A DNA stretch of 64,000 nt from Elusimicrobiota bacterium. GTDB lineage: Bacteria; Elusimicrobiota; Elusimicrobia; UBA1565; UBA9628. The stretch is from NCBI GenBank assembly GCA_027451985.1, contig DAIDHS010000008.1, forward strand, positions 10,840 through 74,839, in the 5' to 3' direction. The notes below the pieces were generated by a model. The model was given only the letters and a program-made list of their open reading frames with translations. It was not told where the DNA came from and ran no database searches. The position numbers and the translations under genes were made by a program. Shown here one piece after another: positions 11,283 through 20,340 of the stretch (position 1 is its first letter; each line of letters starts with the position of its first letter).

Positions 11283-14200
11283 CTAGAACTGGAAGGTCAG
11301 GTTCGTGCCGAACTGGATGGAGATGTAGTCGTTGGTCTTGATGTAGCGGTCGAGCTGCGCGGCCATGGCGCCGTTCAGGGTCAGGCGCAGGTTCTGCGCG
11401 ATCTGGTAGTCCGCGCTGGTGTTGTAGCTGAAGAGCTCGAAGTCGTTGGCCGCGGTCACGGGGGAGTACTTGTAGTCCATGGAGAGCGTGTTGGTCCAGA
11501 TGACGCGGTTGATGAACAAAAGCGGCGACTTCATCAGGAGCGGGATGTAGAGCCCCTTGGGCATGCTGATGTCCGCGCGGCTGATGAGGCTTGGCGTGAC
11601 GTCCGTGTCGTTCTGGGAGTAGACCCCCAGCCCGTTCTCGTTGGTGTCGTGGTTATAGACGACCTTGGGCGTGAGCGAGAACTTGCCCGCGTTGAAGGTG
11701 GTCTGTACCGTGGCGTCCTGGTGGCCGGTGATCTGCGTGTTGACGTCCGCGACGAGGCTCGAGCTGTTGGAGTTGCGGATGTTGGCGCTGATAAGGCTGT
11801 CGTACTTCCTGAAGAGCATGCTGCGCAGGTCCATGCTGTAGGACTGATCCGTGGCCAGGCTCTGCCCCTCGGTCAAGGTGCGGTGCGCCGTGAAGCGAAA
11901 GTCCATCTGGGTGTTCTGCATCCAGGACTTGGTGTTCAGCATCTGTTCCAATTGGCTCATGTTCATGAGCAGGTCCGGCAGGGTCGTCGAGATGACGCGG
12001 GACGGCGTGTTGGTGGTCTGCCCCCGCTGCATGCTGTAGACGTAGTTGTTGGCGATGGAGAGGGTTTTTAGGGGCGCCCAGCGGCCTTTCAAGCCGTAGT
12101 TCTGCAGAGGCAGCCAGCGCTGGGTGGAGTTGACGGTGTCCTGCAGGGTCTGGGTCTGCAGGATGGCCGCGGGGTTGTTGGGGCGCAGGCCCGAGCGGAT
12201 CCAGAGATCTCCCATGGGGTTCAAGCCGCGCTCGACGTTGTTCCACACGTCGCCGTCTTGGAGCTGGTAGCCGTTGACGATGTCCAGGGTCTTCAAGAGC
12301 TTCGAGTTGGGCGCGATCTGGCTGAAGTCGATGGGAAGCGTGACGGCGCCGTTGGAGTTGCGCGTGATGGTCTGCAGGTCGCCGTAGCTGAAGGTGTAGG
12401 TCGAGAGGCCGACGACGATGCTGGTGGTGCTGACGTTCGCCTGCGAGATGGTATTGATGTTGTAGTTGACCTGCGGGTTAAGCCAGCGGTTGATGCGGAA
12501 ATTGGAGGTGAATCCCGCGGTCTGGTTCAAGGAGAGCGGGTAGCTGAAGTCCTGGCCTTGGCCGGAGCTGAAGTTCTGGCGCTTCTCGGTGACGGTGGTC
12601 AGCGCGTAGTTCGGATCGAAGGAGGATCCTGTCCAGGGCACGAAATCGAGCTTCGCGCCGTAGGTGTTGGTGATGTCCGTGGTGTTGTCGTTGCCGGGCT
12701 GTTCCAGGACTGCGAGCGAGTTGTAGTTGACGCTGTATTTGGAATAGGAGTAGGTCAGGTTCACGGTGCGCGGCAAAAAGTGGCTCTGCGTGGGCACGCC
12801 GTACTGCAGGGCCGAGGTGTAGGTCTGCCGGTCGTCGGTCCGCCCCAGGAGATCGTAGTTGATGACGTTGCGCGTGTAGCCCAAGGTCACCTGCGGCAGG
12901 GCGCCCAGGTTGAAGGTGCCCTGCGCGCTGCCGTTCCAGGTGGTGACCTTGCCTTCCTGCAGGAGGTTCACGAAATTGGACAGGCTGCCGGTCTGCGCGA
13001 CGTCGGGGGTGTTGACGACCGCGCGGGAGACGTTGAAGCTCATGGGAAAGTAGCGCAGGCGCGTGACGTTCATGTAGGCGTTGTCGAGCTCGTTGTCCTG
13101 GTTTGAGACCACCGAGGTCGGAGTCTGGAAGTTGCGGTCCACGTAGCGCGACTTGGCGCCGAAGGTGCCCCAATTGGGCACGGAGAAGTCGCCTTGGAAG
13201 TCGTAGGCGTTGCCCACGCGCGTGACGGGCTTGGCCAGGAAGATTTCGTCAAGGTAGAGGGATTCCGAGCCCTCGGCTCCTACGGCGCCGCCGGGCGGGG
13301 CGGTCAAGTGCCAGTACTGCGACGGCCCGGTGGGCTGGGCGTTGGCGTCGAAGGTGTAGCTGGAAAGCTTGACGCCGGCCACCAACTCCGAGACCTGCTG
13401 GAGGTTGGGCACGCCGCTGCTGACGATGACGGTTCCCGGCGGATCCGATCCGTCCGCGCTCCAGCTCTGCGCGACGCGGAAGGCGTTCAAGAGCTGATCG
13501 ACTTTGATGAGCTTCCAGCCCGTGAAGGTGATGGGCACGTCGACTTCGTAGAAGTTTTGGTCCGTGCCGGCGCGCAGGAAGAAGATGTTGTTGTGGCAGT
13601 CCGCGTTGCCGCTGGCGCAGGTGGCGCTGTTGCCGGCCTGCGCGTTTCCGTAGACGAGGAAATCCAACTCCTGGTGCTGGCTCATGTCGATGGCGGGCGT
13701 GAAGACCCGCTTGGTGACCACCACGGCGCTGACCGTGCTGCCGGTCGTGTTGTATTGGGGCTCCTCCACTGAAAGTCCGTTGTACTGCAATTCAAGCGCC
13801 TGCTCCTGGACGTTCTGGGTGTTGGACTGCTGCTGGAGGTTGGCCAAACTGCCGTAGAGTTCGTTGAAGACCGCCTCCGCGTCGCCGCCGGCGTTGTAGA
13901 TGGGGATGTAGTTGGGGTTGGTGGCGTTGTTGATTGGCTCGATAAGCATGTTTTCGCCCGCGATGGGAGGATTGTTGGTTGCGGGGTCGATGGGCGATCC
14001 GTTGAGCCAGGTCTGGCCCAACACCGCGATTTTGGCAAACTTCAAGATGCCGCTGGAGGCGTCGTTGTCGTTGTGCAGGACCGAGATGGTGATGTTCTTG
14101 ATGTTGGTCCAGGCGCTGGCGTTGGCGGTCGAGATGTTCAAGGGAATGTCCAGCACCATCCAGCCCGGGCCCGTGGTCGCGCCGTTGAAGTCGATGTTGT

Positions 14201-17183
14201 CGTGGATGGTGCCGCTGGAGTCCTCAAGGCAGTTGGCGCCGCTGATTGAGCAGTTGGCGTTCTGGGAGAACGACGGATTGAGCGACCTCACGTAGCCGAA
14301 GTTGTCGCCCAGGCCGTCGTCGGGCTTCAAAACGCCCGTGCCGTAGAGGTCCTCCGAGTCGATGCGGCCGTTGTTGGCGCCGATGCGCAGGGAAAGGCTG
14401 CCCGGCGGATAGGTCGTGCCGCCGAAGGTGATGGCCGTTTGCGGGTAGTAGTAGAGCCAGCCGATGTCCTCGCCGGGATCCAAAACCCCGTTGCAGTTCA
14501 AGTCCTCGGTCTTGGCCGCGCCGGTGATGATGGTGCCGTTGGCGCAATAGAGTGTGGTGCCGCCCGTGCCGTCCATGTCGTCGCTGATGCCGCCCAGGCG
14601 GATGTTGAGGTAGTTGTTCGAGTTGTCTCCCAGCATGACGATTTGCAGGATGGTCTTCTGTGAGAAGTCTAGGCCCGTGGTGGAGAAGGGGAAGGTGATG
14701 GACTGCTCCTGGGAATAGGGATCGGAAAAGTCATACTTCAAGTCGAGCACGTTTTGGGTCTGCCCGGAGTTGGCCTGGGCGTTGGGGGTGATGTTTAGGA
14801 TGGGGACGCTTTCGTTATACCAGCTGAGTCTGTTCGGGTCGGTCGGCCCCGTGTCTGACGGATTGCCGGTGCATGCTGTGGTCAAATTGCCGCTCGCCGT
14901 GGGCGAGAGGCTGTTGCAGGTGGGGTTCGTGGCGATGTCCCACGAGCCGTAGAAGAGATCGGCGTCGTTCTCCTGCGAGATGCCCTCCATGTTGTCGATG
15001 ATGGCGTAGCTGTTCAAATTGAACTGCTGGCGGCTCTGCGCCACCTCGGCGCTCAAATTAGTGGCATGCAGGGCGCCGGGAATGACGTCTATGTCCTTGA
15101 GCGCCGTGTTGAAGTCGTAGACCATGAGGCTTTGCGACAAGTCGGTGATGTCGGGCGTGGTCGGGGACTTGGATCCGGCCTGGTAGAGGAGAGTCGTTCC
15201 GATGCTGAAGTGCCGGTTGAAGTCGTAGGACAGGCGTCCGCCCAGGAGCGAGGTGTTGGAGATGCCGCCGAAAGCGGCGACTTCGTAGCTGATGTCGATG
15301 GTCGAGTTGGGCTGGATGCGGTCGGGGTTGAAGAAGGTGATGAAGCCGCCGTTGTAGTCGATGTAGTAGTCCACGTTGCGGTTGAGCTTCTGGTTGTCCA
15401 GGAGCACGATTTCCGACTGCGGCACGATGTTGGGCTCCAAAGTGAAGGTCTTGAAGCGGTAGCTGAACTCCGCGTGGATGATGCGCTCGGAGATGGGCGT
15501 CTGGGCGTAAATCTGCGGGTCCACGGTGGCCGAGTCCCCGACCGCGGCGAAGGGCTGCTGCAGCTGGACGATGCCGTCGGCGAAATCCATGTTGATGGTC
15601 TGGGGGTAGATCTGCTGGGGGTTGAGGCTTGAGCCCACTTCGTTGCGCGTCGTCGGATCGAGCACTTTCAGGATGAAGTTGCCGTGGCCGTTGTCGTTGA
15701 CGATGTCGGTCTGGCCCAGGTTGTAGAAGGTCTTCATCTCCCGGTCCCAGCCGGATTCCGTAGGCGTGGAGATGTAGATGTCCCCGGAGGTCTTGATGAG
15801 CACGGGGCAGGGCAGGGTGTATCCGGCCGGAGCCGCGCCGATGACGCTGGTGGTCTGTCCCGTGCTGGGGTTGTCGTAGCACTGCGGCTGGCCTAGGGAG
15901 GCGTTGGTGGCCACGCTGCTGCTGGACGCCTCGACCGAGACGGTGTTCCCCGAGGCGTCCGTGAAGTCGACGGCCACCACGTCGCCCGGCTGGCGCGGCA
16001 CCCGGAACTGGATGGTGCCGTGGACGTAGTCCATGATGTAGTCCGAGCCCGGGGAGAGCTGGATGAAGCTGCCGGTGTAGGTGGAGCTGTGCACGGCCAG
16101 GTCCTCGGCCGTCAGGGTGACGTTGTTGGCGTTGACCTGGGTGATGTTCTGGTTGGAAAGGTAGACCCGCTCGCTGCCCTGCTTGATGGGCAGGCGCACC
16201 GAGTTTCCGAAGGTCAGGTCGTAGTAGGTGTAGCGGATGTAGGAGGTGTCCGGGAGGTCCTCGGTGACGAACTGGGTGTTGCCGACGAACTGCTTGGTGT
16301 GCGTGACGCCCTGCGTGCGGCTGGCAATCGCCGTAAAGCGCGCGCCCTTGTACTGGAAGTCGCCCCGGATGCCGAAGAGCTGCTTGTCGTAGGAGACGAA
16401 TTCTGTCGAGGGCAGGGACAAATCGATGTCGCCGAAGGAGACGTTCTGAACGACCTCGTTGGGGTCTCCGGTGTAGACCACCGAGATGTCCTGGTGGTTC
16501 TGCTGGGTGTCGTCGTAATCCACGTTGACGGTGATCTTGGGGCCGATTTTGCCCTGCATGCGCAGCTGCAGCTGCTGGTTGATCTGCAGCGCGTTGGTGA
16601 CCGCGGGCTGCCCGGTCGCGTTCTGGGAATGCAGGAAGCGCTTCTCGGTGTAGGATACCCCGACCACTTTGCGGCCCGTGACCGAGAGGCTGGTGCCGTA
16701 GGTGGGGAGTTCCAGCTCCGGCGGCGGAGGGTTGGGCACGCCGGTCGAGATGGCCAAGCCCTGCTGGGCGAAGAACTCGGCCTCCTGCTCGCGCAGCTCC
16801 TGCTGGTGCTCGCGCTGCTCCTCGTTCTGCCGCGCCGCGTTGTACTCCCTCTGCGTGTAGGCGATGGGCGGCAGGGTCTCGATGAACTTGGAGAAGCTCA
16901 CCGGCGCCGGGGCGCTGGCGCTTGAGGCGGGCTGCTCGAACAGGCTCGCGATGACCTCGGTTGACATCAGCACCATCGGCCCCGCATTCTTGATGGCCGC
17001 GGGCGAAACCTGGAGCACGGTCGGCGCGGACTGGGAGGAGCTCTGAACCGAGGAGCTTTGGGTCTGGCTTTGCTGTGGAGAGGAGAAGTCCGGGTCGTAG
17101 GGCGTCGAGAACTGCGCCCAAAGGACTGTTTGCGCGGGAAGATAAGATAAAGCCAGCAGCGCGGCGAAGGCCAGCCGGTGGCG
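11283..17183 (-). CDS. Giant (~1967 aa) outer-membrane protein with a signal peptide and a C-terminal beta-barrel signature (terminal aromatic F). Candidate SprA-like translocon or assembly protein, family unconfirmed.
   Basis: Likely GTG start at 17183 gives the signal peptide VLTRHRLAFAALLALSYLPAQTVLWA|QF. Composition is N/T/S/Q/Y/G-rich with alternating hydrophobic beta-strand patterning over ~1900 aa. The protein ends ...IQFGTNLTFQF, the BAM-type C-terminal motif. The track ORF extends to 17459 with no RBS or signal sequence there. Confidence 0.6.
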   Translation of the reverse strand, partial: RHRLAFAALLALSYLPAQTVLWAQFSTPYDPDFSSPQQSQTQSSSVQSSSQSAPTVLQVSPAAIKNAGPMVLMSTEVIASLFEQPASSASAPAPVSFSKFIETLPPIAYTQREYNAARQNEEQREHQQELREQEAEFFAQQGLAISTGVPNPPPPELELPTYGTSLSVTGRKVVGVSYTEKRFLHSQNATGQPAVTNALQINQQLQLRMQGKIGPKITVNVDYDDTQQNHQDISVVYTGDPNEVVQNVSFGDIDLSLPSTEFVSYDKQLFGIRGDFQYKGARFTAIASRTQGVTHTKQFVGNTQFVTEDLPDTSYIRYTYYDLTFGNSVRLPIKQGSERVYLSNQNITQVNANNVTLTAEDLAVHSSTYTGSFIQLSPGSDYIMDYVHGTIQFRVPRQPGDVVAVDFTDASGNTVSVEASSSSVATNASLGQPQCYDNPSTGQTTSVIGAAPAGYTLPCPVLIKTSGDIYISTPTESGWDREMKTFYNLGQTDIVNDNGHGNFILKVLDPTTRNEVGSSLNPQQIYPQTINMDFADGIVQLQQPFAAVGDSATVDPQIYAQTPISERIIHAEFSYRFKTFTLEPNIVPQSEIVLLDNQKLNRNVDYYIDYNGGFITFFNPDRIQPNSTIDISYEVAAFGGISNTSLLGGRLSYDFNRHFSIGTTLLYQAGSKSPTTPDITDLSQSLMVYDFNTALKDIDVIPGALHATNLSAEVAQSRQQFNLNSYAIIDNMEGISQENDADLFYGSWDIATNPTCNSLSPTASGNLTTACTGNPSDTGPTDPNRLSWYNESVPILNITPNAQANSGQTQNVLDLKYDFSDPYSQEQSITFPFSTTGLDFSQKTILQIVMLGDNSNNYLNIRLGGISDDMDGTGGTTLYCANGTIITGAAKTEDLNCNGVLDPGEDIGWLYYYPQTAITFGGTTYPPGSLSLRIGANNGRIDSEDLYGTGVLKPDDGLGDNFGYVRSLNPSFSQNANCSISGANCLEDSSGTIHDNIDFNGATTGPGWMVLDIPLNISTANASAWTNIKNITISVLHNDNDASSGILKFAKIAVLGQTWLNGSPIDPATNNPPIAGENMLIEPINNATNPNYIPIYNAGGDAEAVFNELYGSLANLQQQSNTQNVQEQALELQYNGLSVEEPQYNTTGSTVSAVVVTKRVFTPAIDMSQHQELDFLVYGNAQAGNSATCASGNADCHNNIFFLRAGTDQNFYEVDVPITFTGWKLIKVDQLLNAFRVAQSWSADGSDPPGTVIVSSGVPNLQQVSELVAGVKLSSYTFDANAQPTGPSQYWHLTAPPGGAVGAEGSESLYLDEIFLAKPVTRVGNAYDFQGDFSVPNWGTFGAKSRYVDRNFQTPTSVVSNQDNELDNAYMNVTRLRYFPMSFNVSRAVVNTPDVAQTGSLSNFVNLLQEGKVTTWNGSAQGTFNLGALPQVTLGYTRNVINYDLLGRTDDRQTYTSALQYGVPTQSHFLPRTVNLTYSYSKYSVNYNSLAVLEQPGNDNTTDITNTYGAKLDFVPWTGSSFDPNYALTTVTEKRQNFSSGQGQDFSYPLSLNQTAGFTSNFRINRWLNPQVNYNINTISQANVSTTSIVVGLSTYTFSYGDLQTITRNSNGAVTLPIDFSQIAPNSKLLKTLDIVNGYQLQDGDVWNNVERGLNPMGDLWIRSGLRPNNPAAILQTQTLQDTVNSTQRWLPLQNYGLKGRWAPLKTLSIANNYVYSMQRGQTTNTPSRVISTTLPDLLMNMSQLEQMLNTKSWMQNTQMDFRFTAHRTLTEGQSLATDQSYSMDLRSMLFRKYDSLISANIRNSNSSSLVADVNTQITGHQDATVQTTFNAGKFSLTPKVVYNHDTNENGLGVYSQNDTDVTPSLISRADISMPKGLYIPLLMKSPLLFINRVIWTNTLSMDYKYSPVTAANDFELFSYNTSADYQIAQNLRLTLNGAMAAQLDRYIKTNDYISIQFGTNLTFQF

Positions 17184-17415
17184 GGTCAGCACCGGATGGG
17201 GCCTTTTCGCTCTCGCCGCGCTGCGTCGCAAAGGCGCCGGCGCGCGGGGGCGGAAAAATCTTCCGCCCGCGAGGGGGAGGGTGGCGCGGCGTCGTTCAAT
17301 ATTTAGCTCACTCTGCTGCGCCGCGGAAAAGTCGCGAATCTTCGTCCGAACGGGAAAGAACCGGTTCCTCTCGCGCGCAAAAATATAAAATAAGTATAGC
17401 TGGGGTCCCGATCTT

Positions 17416-17430
17416 GTCAAGATCGAGGTT
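17416..17430. promoter_or_regulatory. 15-bp palindrome GATCTTGtCAAGATC about 28 nt upstream of the tal ATG, in the divergent tal / giant-OMP promoter region
   Basis: Read directly from the sequence. Adjacent AT-rich stretch AAAATATAAAATAAGTATAG lies between it and the giant-gene start. Confidence 0.3.
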
Positions 17431-17457
17431 GTTAAGACCGCCCCGCAGGAGGAATTC

Positions 17458-18603
17458 ATGGCTCAAACGAAATCCGCTCCGGCCGCCAAGGCCGCTAACC
17501 CGCTCAAGGCCCTTTCGGCCCTGGGCCAGTCGGTCTGGCTCGACTACATTCGGCGCGATCTGATGGCGACCGGCAAGCTCGAGCGTCTGGTGGACGAGGA
17601 CGGCCTGGCCGGGCTCACCTCCAACCCTTCGATTTTCGAAAAGGCCATCGCGGACAGCCCGGACTACGCGCCTACGCTGCGGGAGTTGAAAGCCAAGCCG
17701 GGCCTCTCCGCCATGGACATCTACGAGGCCGTGGCCATCCAAGACATCCGCGCCGCCGCCGACGCCCTGCGCCCGGTCTACGACAAGACCAAGCGCCGGG
17801 ACGGCTACGTCAGCATGGAGGTTTCCCCCTATCTCGCCCGCGACACCAAAGGCACGCTGGCCGAGGCGCGCCGGCTCTGGAAGGCCGTCGGCAAGGAAAA
17901 CCTCATGATCAAGGTGCCCGGGACGCCCGAAGGCATCCCCGCCATCGAGACCTTAATCTCCGAGGGCATCAACGTCAACGTGACGCTCCTGTTTTCCCGC
18001 GATCTCTACGCCAAGGCGGCCTGGGCCTACGTCTCGGGCCTGGAGAAGCGCGCGGCCAAGGGCCAGGAGGTCTCGGGCATCGCCGGCGTGGCCAGCTTCT
18101 TCGTCAGCCGCATCGACACCGCGGCCGACGCCAAGCTCTCCGAACTCGCCAAGGCGGGCGGCAAACGCGCGAAGACCGCCGAGGGCCTAATGGGCAAGGC
18201 TGCCATCGCCAACGCGAAGCTCGCCTACGCGCTTTACAAGGACATCATCGCGGACAAGCGCTGGACCGCGCTGGCCGCCAAGGGCGCCATGACCCAGCGC
18301 CTGCTCTGGGCCAGCACCAGCACCAAGAACCCCAAGTACCGGGACGTCATCTACGTCGAGGAGCTCATCGGCCGAGACACCGTCAACACGGTTCCGCCCG
18401 CGACCTTGGACGCCTTCCGCGACCACGGCCGCGCCTTCGCGACCTTGGACGCGGGCTTGGACGAGGCCAAAGCTCAGCTCTCGGCTTTGGAGGGACTGGG
18501 GATTTCCCTCAAGGCCATCACCGACGATGTCCTGTCCCAGGGCGTCAAGCTCTTCGCCGACGCCTTCGACAAGCTGCTCGCCGCCGTCGGCCGGCCGTCC
18601 TGA
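17458..18603 (+). CDS. tal: Transaldolase (long-type Tal)
   Basis: GQSVWLDYIRRDL, LTSNPSIFEKAI and MIKVPGTPEGIPAIETLISEGINVNVTLLFS contain the Schiff-base Lys region. AGGAGG RBS 7 nt upstream of the ATG. Confidence 0.85.
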   Translation: MAQTKSAPAAKAANPLKALSALGQSVWLDYIRRDLMATGKLERLVDEDGLAGLTSNPSIFEKAIADSPDYAPTLRELKAKPGLSAMDIYEAVAIQDIRAAADALRPVYDKTKRRDGYVSMEVSPYLARDTKGTLAEARRLWKAVGKENLMIKVPGTPEGIPAIETLISEGINVNVTLLFSRDLYAKAAWAYVSGLEKRAAKGQEVSGIAGVASFFVSRIDTAADAKLSELAKAGGKRAKTAEGLMGKAAIANAKLAYALYKDIIADKRWTALAAKGAMTQRLLWASTSTKNPKYRDVIYVEELIGRDTVNTVPPATLDAFRDHGRAFATLDAGLDEAKAQLSALEGLGISLKAITDDVLSQGVKLFADAFDKLLAAVGRPS

Positions 18604-18604
18604 C

Positions 18605-20326
18605 GTGGCGGCCGCGCTGGACGTCAACGCCGTGGAAGCCCGCCTGCCAGAGCCTCTGGCCGGAGAGTCAGCCCGGGCCTTAAGGGAGTGGCAGGACGAC
18701 AAAAAGATGGCGCGCTTGTGGGCCCGCGACGCGAGCCTTTGGACCGGGACGGACGAGGCGAAATGGACGGGCTGGCTCGACGTCATCGAGCGCCAACGGG
18801 CCCGCGTTCCGGAGTTCTCCGCGTTCCAGGGCGAGATCAAAAAGGCCGGATTCTCCCACGCCCTTCTTTTGGGCATGGGAGGCTCGAGCCTGTGCCCCGA
18901 GGTGCTGCGCCTGAGCTTCGCGAAGGCTCCGGGCTTTCCCCAGCTTCTGGTGCTTGACTCCACCGATCCGGAACAGATTCTTTCCTTCGAGCGCCGCATC
19001 GACGCGGGGAAAACCTTGTTCATCGTTTCCAGCAAGTCCGGCGGCACGCTCGAGCCCAACATCCTCATGGACTACTTCTGGGCCGCGGCGCAAAAGGCCC
19101 TGGGCGAGGGCAAAGCCGGAGCGCATTTTATCGCTGTGACCGATCCGGGCTCCGCGCTCGATAGAATCGCGAAGGAGCGCGGATTCAGGCGCGTGTTCCA
19201 CGGCGAGCCTGCCATCGGCGGCCGCTACTCCGCGCTCTCCGATTTTGGGATGGTTCCGGCTGCGGTCATGGGCCTAGACGTCGCCAAATTCCTTGAGACG
19301 GCGCGCGCCATGCAGGAGGCATGCAAGGCGCTCCATCTGGCTGAAAATCCAGGGGCGGTTCTCGGGACGATTCTAGGGACGGCGGCGCGGCGCGGACGCG
19401 ACAAGGCGACGTTCATCGCCTCGCCTGGCATCCGCGGCTTAGGCGCCTGGCTCGAGCAGCTTTTGGCCGAGTCGACGGGCAAGGAGGGCAAGGGCGTCAT
19501 TCCCGTCGATGGGGAGCCCCCGGTCTCGCCTAAAGTTTACGGGTCCGACCGGCTCTTCGTCTACCTGCGCCTGGATGGCGCGCCCGACGCCGCGCAGGAC
19601 GCCGAGGCCGAGGCCTTGGGGAAAGCGGGCCATCCGGTGGTGCGCGTGCGCGTGGCCGACGCCTATCATCTCGGGCAGGAGTTTTTCCGTTGGGAAATCG
19701 CCACGGCCGCGGCCGGCAGCCTCATCGGCATCGATCCGTTCAACCAACCGGACGTGGAGGCGAGCAAGATCGAAACCAAGGCGCTCATGGATCAGTACGA
19801 GAAGACGGGCGCCTTTCCGAACGAGAATCCGATTTTTGAGGAAGGCGGCGTCAAGCTTTTCACGGACGCGGCCGGGGCCAAGGCCCTGGCCGGCGCCGAG
19901 CGCACGCTCTCCGGATATTTGCGCGCGCACGTCGCGCGCTGGACCAGGGGCGACTATTTCGCGCTTCTGGCCTATCTGGAAATGAATCCCGAGCACGAGA
20001 AAATTCTCAACGCGGCGCGGCGGGCCTTGCTGGAGAAGACCGGCGCGGCCGTCTGTTTGGGCTTCGGTCCGCGCTTCCAGCATTCGACCGGCCAGGCCTA
20101 CAAGGGCGGGCCGGCCACGGGCGTGTTCGTGCAGATCACCGCCGACCCGGCCCGGGACGTTTCCGTTCCCGGCAGAAAGTACGCCTTCGGCGCGGTCAAG
20201 GCCGCGCAGGCGCGGGGGGATTTCGCGGTTCTCTCTCAGCGCGGGCGCCGCATTTTGCGCGTGCATCTTCCCGGCGCCAAAAGCCTAGGCGTCTTCGCCG
20301 AGGCCCTGCGCCGCGCGCTGGGCTGA
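18605..20326 (+). CDS. pgi: Glucose-6-phosphate isomerase, of the kind found fused to transaldolase in bifunctional Tal-PGI enzymes. Candidate GTG start 2 nt after the tal stop. A first ATG lies at 18707.
   Basis: ARLWARDASLW N-terminal PGI motif. HALLLGMGGSSLCPEV and FIVSSKSGGTLEPN are the SIS domain. The reading frame is +1 relative to tal. See the finding on possible fusion. Confidence 0.75.
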   Translation: MAAALDVNAVEARLPEPLAGESARALREWQDDKKMARLWARDASLWTGTDEAKWTGWLDVIERQRARVPEFSAFQGEIKKAGFSHALLLGMGGSSLCPEVLRLSFAKAPGFPQLLVLDSTDPEQILSFERRIDAGKTLFIVSSKSGGTLEPNILMDYFWAAAQKALGEGKAGAHFIAVTDPGSALDRIAKERGFRRVFHGEPAIGGRYSALSDFGMVPAAVMGLDVAKFLETARAMQEACKALHLAENPGAVLGTILGTAARRGRDKATFIASPGIRGLGAWLEQLLAESTGKEGKGVIPVDGEPPVSPKVYGSDRLFVYLRLDGAPDAAQDAEAEALGKAGHPVVRVRVADAYHLGQEFFRWEIATAAAGSLIGIDPFNQPDVEASKIETKALMDQYEKTGAFPNENPIFEEGGVKLFTDAAGAKALAGAERTLSGYLRAHVARWTRGDYFALLAYLEMNPEHEKILNAARRALLEKTGAAVCLGFGPRFQHSTGQAYKGGPATGVFVQITADPARDVSVPGRKYAFGAVKAAQARGDFAVLSQRGRRILRVHLPGAKSLGVFAEALRRALG

Positions 20327-20340
20327 GGCGGGAGCCGGAC

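Noticed and set aside
10683-17121. Long antisense or alternative-frame ORFs across comF and the giant OMP gene (for example 10683..12071 +, 12258..13106 +, 16020..16925 +, 15058..17121 - in another frame, 11653..12246 -)
   Set aside because: Their translations are Arg/Ala/Gly/Pro-rich with the low complexity typical of wrong-frame reading in 67% GC DNA. They have no motifs and lie wholly inside a gene with a coherent signal peptide and C-terminal barrel signature.
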